DNA of 64,000 bases from Octopus sinensis (taxonomy: Eukaryota). The notes below the pieces were generated by a model. That model was not told the DNA's origin, did no database searches, and saw only the letters and a list, made by a program, of their open reading frames with translations. The stretch spans positions 132,618,001-132,682,000 of the forward strand of contig NC_042998.1 of NCBI RefSeq assembly GCF_006345805.1, in the 5' to 3' direction. The stretch's first letter is position 1; each line of letters opens with the position of its first letter. The translations under genes and the position numbers were made by a program. Shown piece after piece: positions 54,035 to 64,000 of this stretch.

Positions 54035-54949
54035 GCACACTGATATTCATGAATATAGTCATGATCCTAACGGTTGAACTTCAAATAGATAAAACTATAA
54101 ATAATTGCATGCAAATACTGAGGTTCAAAAAAAAAAAACCTTGGATAAATTAAGTTAAAAGTTCCAAACAACACACACAATGGGCTTCTGTACAGTTTTT
54201 ATCTATCAAAATTCACCTAGAAGGCACTTTTCAATGGTACTATGCACTGAAGTAGACACCTCCACCTATATGTGCATGTACATACAGGTGTTAGTGGCCA
54301 AGCACAGCCTTAGCACAGTTACTAAGATCCGTTAGTGGGTGTGTAGATGTGCATATGTATTTTTGTTTCTTATAATAAAGGATTATAATAAAGGAGAATA
54401 TGGAGGTGTATTCCTCAAGCACAGGTTGATTTAGATTGAAATTCTCACAGGTTTCTATCAATGATAGTAGCTGCATATGTATATAATGATTACATATATA
54501 TAGATAGATAGATGGATGTGATAGCATGCAGTACATGTGTTCACATACATAATTTACACAAGCACACACACACATATGCATTACATTTTCTGTGTCTGTG
54601 TGAATGTTTGATAAATTTATGTGTGTAAGTATGAGATAGAGAAAGGCTTGGCTATTTTCTCACTCTGAATAAGAATTGGCCTTGTGCCTGAATCAAAAGA
54701 AATCACTATTATGGTGATTGTGGAACAAAGAAAAGGAATAAACAAAAACAACATAAAAATAGAACAAGCCAGCTTTGTTTTATTTAGTTCAATGAAGTTC
54801 TAGCCGCTCTTATATACTGGTCATACATATATACACCCACTACTGCTGACATTACTACATATGTGTGAGTGTGTGTATGTGTGTGTATGGAATCCTCATT
54901 TGAACCGTAGCCTTCCCAGTTCTGTACTGATTCGTCCTGTTATCATTAT

Positions 54950-55184
54950 CTATTTCTTTACTGCCAAGAAGGGGCTAAACATAGAGGGGACAAACAAGGA
55001 CAGCCGAAGGGATTGAGTTGATTATATCGCCCCCCTGTGCGAAACTGGTACTTTATTTATCGACCCTGAAAGGATGAAAGGCAAAGTTGACCTCGGCGGA
55101 ATTTGAACTCAGAACGTAACGACAGACGAAATATCCCTAAGCATTTCGCCCCACGCGCTAACGTGTCTACCAGCTCGCCGCCTT
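54950..55184 (-). mobile_element. Full SINE-A, alternative-tail variant
   Basis: Intact head ends cagctcgccgcctt; tail aggggctaaacatagagggg as at 895 and 62668. Confidence 0.9.
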
Positions 55185-55325
55185 GTCCTGTTGTCATTAT
55201 CTTGGCACCCCAGTGGTTATGATGATGATGAGGGTTCCAGTTGATCCGATCAACGGAACATCCTGCTTGTGAAATTAACGTGCAAGTAGCTGAATACTCC
55301 ATAGATACATGTACCTTCAATGTAG

Positions 55326-55367
<42 letters not shown>

Positions 55368-58300
55368 TATATATATATACACATACATACACACACACAC
55401 ACACACGTGTGTGTGTGTATGTATATATGAGTTAGGAGTATATAAACTTAGGCTGTACAATTTTAGCTAATCAAAGTGACATATTTGATCAGAGAGTGCA
55501 CAAAGACTCAGCAGGTAGTTGGTGCTATGATTTTATATGAATTAAACAGGTGAAGAAAACATTTCACACTTTCTTACAGCACACACAATATTAGTTTTAT
55601 CTAAACCCACCCGCCCCCAATCTACATAATCATAATGAGTACAGTAGGTGTATGTAAAATGTGTGTGTGTGTGTAAGTGAAATTGTTTCAGTATACATGC
55701 GAAAATATGTAGGTCTAGTGATACAATTTTGTCTTTGTACATGTGTTTATGTTGTAGAGTTGTGTGACTCGCACTCACATTCAAATATAGCTGCATCAGA
55801 ATATATGATGTTAAGTCTCAGTTCATCTATAGAGTAATATATATATATATATATATATAGTTCCAAGTTCAGAAGACCCGCGACTACATGCATTATCCAG
55901 TGCCTTCATTTTTTTTTTGAGGCTGTTGATGTAATGTAATAAAGATTTGACTGCTATTTCTAACCATTTTAGCAACCACAAGATGTTCACACATAAGCTT
56001 AAAGGTGTGTGTATGTTTCTATATGTGTATTTGTGTATGTGTATGCATGTATGGAAAAGTGGATGTTAAAAAAATGGTTGTGGTGATGATGATGATGATG
56101 ATTATGTATGTATATGTATAGATACATGTCATTGTATATTTATGGAAGTATGTTTGTTGTATGGTGTGAAAGGGTTACAGTGTATATATGCGTGTGCTGT
56201 GTTGTTTTCTTGTATATGTGAGAACATATGTGATTCAGAATATATAACATTGTGCGTGTGAATGTATGTAAGCTAATGCGATAGTGACATGTCTATGTGT
56301 AGTGGGAGAATTTGTATTTTATGCATATGAGAGTTAGTGTGTGGGTGAGCAGGTGTGTGTATACATGCATAAATTTGATGAGCATGTGTGTATATTTTTG
56401 AGCGGCCAAGTTTCACTGTGTGAATGCAAATTTCCATGTGTGTGTGTTTTGGAGTTAATGTATGTTTGAATCTGGTGTGTGTGTGTACAGGAGATGGGTG
56501 TTTAACCTGATGTGATACCTGATACAGCAGACTTTATGACGACAGGCGTTCCAACATGACCATCCTGCTAAAGAAGGTGGAATGGATTGTCTGTGATTTT
56601 TTAGGGAAATTTGACCACTATATCTAGCAGGTTGATGTCCATTGTATGTGTATGTTTACTGATGATATCTGTAAACTTTTTAAAAAGACTACATCAAGAG
56701 GTTTTAAGTAATCAAATATCATTTACCTTTCTTTCGGTAAGTTGTGTGTGTTGGAGGGAAGTGGTGTTATGAGGTTAGGAGCTATTAAATACCAAACCAT
56801 GTGGTGATGTGTTCAATCTGTGCAATATCTTATTTGAAACATTTTATCTCAGAAAGTCGTTTATGAGTGGTTGTCTGTGTTTGTGATAATTTGTAACCGT
56901 GAAGAGCTAGCTATTAAATCTTGAACCACCTTTCCATGCGTTCAATCATTTTCTGACTTGTTTACAGTAAATAGATGATTACTGTACTGTACCACCACAC
57001 TTTCCCCTCTTCTCTCTCTTCCTCTTTCTGCTAATTGAGCTTTATTTTGGAAACAATTTTCCCCGTTATGAATAGCACTGTGAATAATAGGAACAGCATA
57101 ACCTTCTCCACCCTCCTCAAAGGAATGAGAAAATTTGTCAGATCTACACATAGCATATGTATCTACACATGTTGAAACAACCTGTATAGATATACATGCT
57201 ATGTGGAGGTTTGAGATAAGTCTGGTATCAACATTTGTTTCAATATTTTGTCTTGTTAATTTTATCAAAAAGTATACCCCCTAATTAATTTGTCACCATT
57301 GTTGTTTTTATGCCTGCTTTTAAAGCAGTGTTTTACAGCCAAAGTCCTTCCTAGTATGAATCCTTTATTTGCTTGTTACAAAATACAGGGATGTAGTGTA
57401 CTAAAAACTAGAATGTACTCTGTTCGTGTCGTTTATTGTCGTATAAGGGTCAGTGGATGGCATGATTGCTAGCAGTGCCAAACAGAGATATTGATATCTT
57501 AGTTGATGCTCATGGACATATAAGAGGTATACCGCATTTCACCAAGGATTATTTGAAAGAAGGATGTTTTAGTGTATTCACACAGCATAGTAAACACACA
57601 AGTAGAAATGCAAACACTGGCAAATAAAGAAAAAAATCAGACATTTACAGTGAAAATATATCATAACTTGAATATAGTAGTTCAACATTTCAAATGAAAG
57701 ACAAAATTAGCATGATGAAAGCAGAAAGCATTTTCTTAGGTAAGTTTTCTAGTTATAAGTGTTTTGTAACAAGAAACTTTAATCGTCTCCAAAATTTGAA
57801 AGTTCATCAGCGTCATCCTTCTCAGATCGCATAATTTTTGGTGTTGGTATGAATGTCTTCAAATAATGCTTCATATTCAGTGCCAACAAGTGTATTAAAA
57901 ATCCCATACTTGTTAAAAAGCTTTCACAGTAATTTCACTATTTACTCTTTCCACAGATTTCTTCCCTGCCTTCCACACCTATGGAACGTTGCGACATTCG
58001 CACTGTTTCATGTTTTTGCATGCAGTTTTGAAATGGTGTGTGTGTTTGTGTATGTGTACATGCACACATATTTATAAGTTACAATAGGCCTGTCAGACCA
58101 CCAGGAATGACAACTACTGGCAATTTCTCTGTTCTGCTACTTTTTTAAGACTTCAGTTTTGTGTATCCAGAACTGATTCCTAAACCAGAAAATGTTTTTT
58201 AGGTCAAGTTTTTCATGTCAATATTAAATATTGTGGTAGTTTTGTACCATCAGCACAACAGGCTGGAACTATTGTAGTGCCTCCATTTTCTTATTCAAAT

Positions 58301-58544
58301 CCTACTTGGTTGTTCTAATTTCTGGGATCAATGAAACAAGTACTGGTGTGGAGTTGACATAATTGATCACTCTCCTGCCCACCTCGCCAGCTGTTTTTGT
58401 AATAAATCATCATCGTCATTGTATCTTTAAACACTGGCACATATATGGCACAGTTGCTGCTGTCCAAATCACAGCAATGTTTGGGGGTTACGGTCCTACC
58501 CCTTGTTTGGAAAAAATTTTAAGAATTGAATTTTAAAAAAAACG

Positions 58545-58875
58545 ACAGGCATGGTTGTATGGTAAGAAGCTTGCTTCCCACCTACACATGGTTCCAGGTT
58601 CAGTCCCACTGCGTGGCACCTTGGACAAGTGTCTTCTATTATAGCCTTGTGAGTGGATTTGGTAGATGGAAGCTTAAAGAACCCCATCATATATTTACAT
58701 ATTTATGTGCATCTATCTTTGTCCCCTCGTCGTCACTTGACAACCAATGCTGAGGCCAATAGGGTAAGTACTCGGCTTACAAAGAATAAGTCCTGGGGTC
58801 AACTTCTTCAACTAAAACCCTTTAAGGTGGTGCTCCAGCATGGCCACAGTCAAATGACTGAAACAAGTAAAAGAA
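58545..58875 (+). mobile_element. SINE-B copy
   Basis: Head, core and tail aaggtggtgctccagcatggccacagtcaaatgactgaaacaagtaaaag. Confidence 0.9.
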
Positions 58876-60419
58876 TAGAGTACATATTTGGAATGTCCCG
58901 CCCTTGATTTTCACCAATTATATAAACAATGTTCCTTATATTGTTATCTGGTATGACAAGATATGATAAATAAGTGCTGCATAGTAGATGTAGATATAAC
59001 TTCCATTAATTGTGATAAGGAGAAGGAATATATATGAAAAGTTACTTCAGAAAGTAAAACTGCAACCCACTATACTTTGATTATAGTGTAGTATTCTTGA
59101 AAATTTAGTGTTCTCTGAATTTATCCTGGTAGAAGAACAGTTAAAGAATCCCAAACATTTCTTTCTAAACATATTTTAGATCTGCTTCCGTATTTCTTGA
59201 AGACTAGATTCCTCTAGATGTATACAGAATGTAATGAGTGGGTCTTTTAGATGTAAAGACCTCAACTATTAATGTAATTTTTAGTTCAGCGAGAAAAAGC
59301 AGTTCTCTCTCAAATCACATCTCACTGTATTGAGAGAGCAAAAGAGGAAACGGATAATGTATGTGATCCTAGACATCATCCTACAACAGTAGGATGGTTG
59401 TTTGCTCAAATGCCTTTTATCTTAGGGTATCAACCAGGGCTGATCTGGAGCTAAACCGACACCTCCAGAGTTCACAAGGTTGCAAGTTTTCAGATTAGAT
59501 CCCCCCCCCCAGTTCCTTCCCCACCTGGGTTTGTAATGCTGGCATTGACCTGTAGGTGTTCAGGCCAAGCATCAACATCTTCAATCTCAGCAACCAGCCT
59601 AAGAGGGCCTGAAAAGGTCATGGGAACTGCTCCTCATCCCCTAACTAACTGACATCTCACACACACACACACACACACATTATTAGCATGGTGAAAATCT
59701 GGGTTTGATAATTCCTGAGTGATTTAATATTAGAAACACAAAGCAAACAAATAGTGCTAAATTAGTCTGAATAGTACTTTTATATTCATATATATATATA
59801 TATATATATTTATTTATTTATTTTAAGTTTTCCATCTCTTATACAAATATTTTATTACTATGAACCAGTAGTTTATGTGTTCTTGATATATAGTTTAAAT
59901 CCTTGCTAATCTTATTAACTGCAAAGATTATTATCTACAGTGGTGGATTAAAGGAGAAAAACCATTTGTATTCAATTGCTATATTGTTTAGATTGAAGTG
60001 AATTGCATTTGGCTGGGTTTCATCTGTGTATTCACCTTAGCAGGGATCTCTGTTGCTCTGATGTTTGATCTATTTAGGGATAGATAGATAGATAAGTGGC
60101 CAGTAGTCTGGTGGCTCAGACAGAATTGATAGATTGACAAACAGTATAAATTATGAACAGATTGATTCATTCTACCTTCAACTTAATTAACTGATAAGAC
60201 ATAGACTGGGATGGATGAATAGTTTGTTAATGAGTTGATCGATGTACTAGTTGTAGGATACATCAACAAATAAAGAAATACATAAATGTGTATAGAAAAA
60301 TAATCAAATTTCGGAATGAAACTGTCTTATGTTAAAGATGTCAGTGAATTGGCATATTTTGATAGAAAGTAATAAACAGACAAATGGTAAATGGTATAAA
60401 TGCAAAATCTCAGTTAACG

Positions 60420-60451
<32 letters not shown>

Positions 60452-60599
60452 GAGAGAGACAGAGATAGTCTGAATAAAAAATTTGACATAGAAATGTATA
60501 TAACTGCATTGCTGCTACTGAGCATTGTAGATAAATTTCACTTATGAATTAGATGAAAAATATATATACCAATTATAAACCCTTACACATACATACTCA

Positions 60600-61560
60600 C
60601 TTACACCAACCTTACTTTTCAAAATCTAGTGATAAATTCACTAGTAAGTTGCTTTGCCATACCTATTCCCTTCTTCATTCCTGAGGGTTGGGAACCATGG
60701 ACACATGCATCACTTCTCTCCGTCGTTCTTGCCTTTGGCCATGGTTGTACATTCAGTCTTAGGTCTTCCAGTCCATTCTTTGAAGACTTTACCATGACAG
60801 GAGACCTTGTAATTCGCTCTTCTGCATTGTTTGCTGTTCCCAATCCAAATTTTCTGCACACCCTTATATCTGTTAATCTTGTTCTTTACTTCAAGCATTG
60901 AAGTCATACTTGGCTTAGACCTAGGTATTTTGATCCATTCATAGAACACTTGTATTTGATTCTTATCTGTGGATGGAGTATAAACCTGAAGAAAGGTTTA
61001 GAACTTTGATACATGTATATATAAGCTTCTTGTTAATTGGTTGATACAAGATCATATTGAATAGCCTCTTGTGAAAGAAGAACTCCCATTCTTACTTTAT
61101 ACTGTTCTATTCCTGAGTACATGATTAGGTCACCATCTGCTTTAGTGAAATGCCTGCATTCCAATCTAGAGGTCAAGTATGTTGATTTTATATCTCCTTT
61201 CTTGGGTGACATTATACAGTTTTCTTGCCTGGTATAACACTTGAGCATTCCAAGTTCTTTTCCATACAGTGATTGTCTTATTGTCTTCTCTTATCAGCAT
61301 TAGACCTTCTGTTGTACCAGGTTGAACCTAACATGTTACTTATTCGGTACTTATTCGATGGCTTAATGAAAGGAAAAAAGTCAAAAAATAGCTCCCTCTA
61401 CCTTTTTCTACAGTTGGGTCTCCATCAGAAAGTTAACTTGGAGTGGGGAATGCATGATTTATGAGTTGCTATGGTCAGAAGCTGTGTATTTCTATATCCA
61501 GTTGTCCTGAATTTTCCAGAGTCATTTCCAGAATGCTTGCACTTGGAGAACTCTACTACA
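60600..61560 (-). mobile_element. Old, disrupted LINE fragment: apurinic-type endonuclease (APE) region, RTE-like
   Basis: APE-like motifs in order across shifted frames: LLTIAT, IMYSG..GVLLSQEA, LQVYTPST (cf. IQVYAPT; 60968-60991), FYEW, KFGLGTANNAEERI (cf. GKFGLG.RN..GERL). Many stops and frameshifts. Confidence 0.8.
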
Positions 61561-61724
61561 AGAACAAGGGTTAGGTCTAATTCACCCTTTACTGCTAATA
61601 CCTTGATAACCACCCCCTAGATGTGGCAGGAAGTCACCAAGGGACTCTAAAAAGCACAAAGGAAAAACAGAAAATTGAACTCTTTCACCACATGTAAAGT
61701 TTGACCATGAAAAACTGCATACAC

Positions 61725-61826
61725 AAATAATTAAGCAGACTAGTTGCAAATTATAAACTAAGTAATTAGTATTAAAAATAATTAAGCAGACTAGTTGAAA
61801 ATCATAAACTAAGTAATTAGTATTAA
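61725..61826. repeat. 51-bp tandem duplication
   Basis: aaataattaagcagactagttg(c/a)aaat(t/c)ataaactaagtaattagtattaa twice, 2 mismatches. Confidence 0.95.
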
Positions 61827-62374
61827 CTGTTGTAGTATTGAGTAAAGAAAATGAAGGGTAGCTTCTTGTTGGTGATAGTGGTGATTAGTAAATTCATTAT
61901 TAATCTGCTCACCTTAACCACTTCTCGCTAATCTTAAACCTAGCTGAAGTAATCAATGTTTCAGGTGATGATGGAGTTGTGATAAAGATGGTAGAGCACT
62001 GGACTGAATACCTGGCTGTATTTACTTTGCTTCCTCTATATTCTTAGTGCAAATCCAGCAAAAGTACAAGAATTGGGGGAGCTGTTTTTCATCCTTCATC
62101 CAGTTGATTGAAATAAAAAGGATTAGTAATGAACAAAGATTTTCCATTTCATTATCAATGTTCGATTTTGTTTCCTGGAACCCAGTGAATTAAACTTATT
62201 AAACTTTTTATAACTTTCAAACAATACAAGTGAAGGATTGTGGAGAGAAAGGATTAATAGTTTTTTTTATAGATTTTTTTTTTTTTGCTCACAAGAATAT
62301 GGCAGGAGTAAATCGTGAAATCTATTATTAGGCAAGGTAAAAGTGTCCATAACAATAATAATCATAATGATGAT

Positions 62375-62903
62375 GATGATTTCAGATTTTGGCACTAGGG
62401 TAATAATTTCTGGGGGCGTGGGGTAATTTTTCTCCATTAAACCCTGAAAGGATGAAAAGCAAAATTGACCTTGGCAGAATTGAACTCAGAACTTAAAGAC
62501 AGATGAAATGAGGCTAAGCATTTTGCTTGGTGTGCTAATGATTTTGTCAGCTTGCCACTCTAATAATCATAATAATAATAATAATCCTTCCTACTAAAGG
62601 TGAAAGGATGAAAGGCTAAGTTGACTTCAACAGGAATTGAACTCAGAATGTACAGATGGATGAAATACCTATTTCTTTACTACCCACAAGGGGCTAAACA
62701 CAGAGGATAAACAAGGACAGACAAATGGATTAAGTTGATTATATCGACCCCAGTGCGTAACTGGTACTTATTTAATCGACCCCGAAAGGATGAAAGGCAA
62801 AGTCGACCTCGGTGGAATTTGAACTCAGAACGTAGTGGCAGATGATATACGGTTACGCATTTTGCCCGGCGTGCTAACGTTTCTGCCAGCTCACCACCTT
62901 ACA

Positions 62904-62936
<33 letters not shown>

Positions 62937-63135
62937 TTGTTACTTAGGTAGCGGCAGTAGATTTGGAAGAGGTCACAGCTGATTAGATTAACTTCAGTAT
63001 TTCATTGGTGCTTATTTTATTGAGCTCAAAGAATGAAAGCTGATGTTGGCTTCAGTTGTAGTTGAACTCAGAACTTAAAAGCATGACATAAAATACTGCT
63101 ATAAAGCATTTTCTCCAACACTCTACTGATTCTTC
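62375..63135 (-). mobile_element. Cluster of four SINE-A copies/fragments, including an alternative-tail copy at ~62668-62900
   Basis: Repeated reverse-complement core/head separated by (AAT)n. Confidence 0.85.
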
Positions 63136-63940
63136 CATCCATGGCCATCAGAAAACTTACAATAAATTAGCCACAAGGGGTGACATACCTCTCAGTTTTC
63201 AAATTTTCCTCCATAGAATAAAACTTTGTATAACAACCATGCTAATCTATATGGATATGGATTAAGAAAAACAACAACAACAGCAACATATAATGAATGT
63301 GCCATTCAATTATTTTGAGTTTTTTTTCGTTTCTTTTTTTTTTTAGGGTAAAATAACCCCCTTCCAAGTAAATAAAGATATGTTCTCTTGGTAATTGTCT
63401 CCTGGCAGCTCATCATCTGTCTCTTTTTCTCTCTGTTGCCAGCCAATTAAAAGTGAATCCTTTCTGCGGCTTTTCTCATTTCTCTTCCTTTGTCAGCAGT
63501 TTGAAATAGCTTAGCATTTTGTTATTGTTGTCAAAATTTCTAAGGTGAGGAGAGTGGGCGATAATATCCCCTCTCCGCACCTTCCTCCCTCCACCCTGGT
63601 ATTTCAGAGACCAATTAAGATCTCATTTTTGGTGATAAACTCTAAATTTTTCAGTGCATCACCCTCCACCTCCCTTCCTCCTCCTCTTAAATTTTTGTTG
63701 GGGGTTGATGTTTATCTTTGCTTAGAGGCATTTTTATTGTAAAGTTTTAAAGTGTATATGAATGCATGTATAAATGTCTAGCTTCAGTATCTGTCAATCA
63801 TTTTCATAAAGCCTGCATCTTTCCCTCTTGCAGGTTCTCTCTTTCTCTCTCCCACACAAACACACGCGCACAGCCCGCCCGTCTTTCTTTCATATTGTCA
63901 GTTTCAATCTCATTCTCCACATCAGTATTATCACTTTCCA

Positions 63941-63975
<35 letters not shown>

Positions 63976-64000
63976 CTGTTTGAACTATTTTCACCCCCTT

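Noticed and set aside
56491-56577. Possible internal exon (RLYDDRRSNMTILLKK) continuing the 7.8-kb exon
   Set aside because: No pyrimidine tract, weak donor, and the alternative upstream acceptor hits a stop; compatible with chance.
56662-56736. ATG-to-GTAAGT segment in phase 0 (similar short cases near 30.6 and 31.8 kb)
   Set aside because: Short ATG-donor segments arise by chance in 64 kb; recorded because they weaken the phase-1 first-exon idea.
63443-63549. Strong + strand donor AAG|GTGAGG with an upstream acceptor
   Set aside because: All three frames contain stops; could be a non-coding exon but nothing else supports it.

Overview
AT-rich eukaryotic DNA, most likely from a coleoid cephalopod (Octopus-like). 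This is inferred from the very large (TA)n/(CA)n arrays and the tRNA-derived SINE families; no database check was run. The window is almost entirely intronic or intergenic. Most entries in the ORF track are microsatellite or chance ORFs. Supportable content: (i) a probable first coding exon of a large + strand gene near 7.7 kb, a second candidate start exon near 27 kb and a possible divergent - strand gene near 0.3-5.9 kb; no product can be named; (ii) three LINE remnants (two CR1-group RT/3' ends, one RTE-type endonuclease region); (iii) dozens of SINE/retroposon copies of at least three families (labelled A, B, C here); (iv) several MITE-like inverted-repeat elements. I found no prokaryotic-type system, CRISPR array or RNA gene, and cannot claim a new biological system. 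The best leads are: both CR1-type fragments split (TA)n arrays whose variant motif matches on both sides; the LINE 3' tip matches the SINE-B tail; and near-perfect fold-back palindromes sit in (TA)n tracts. Repeat boundaries were read by eye and are approximate.
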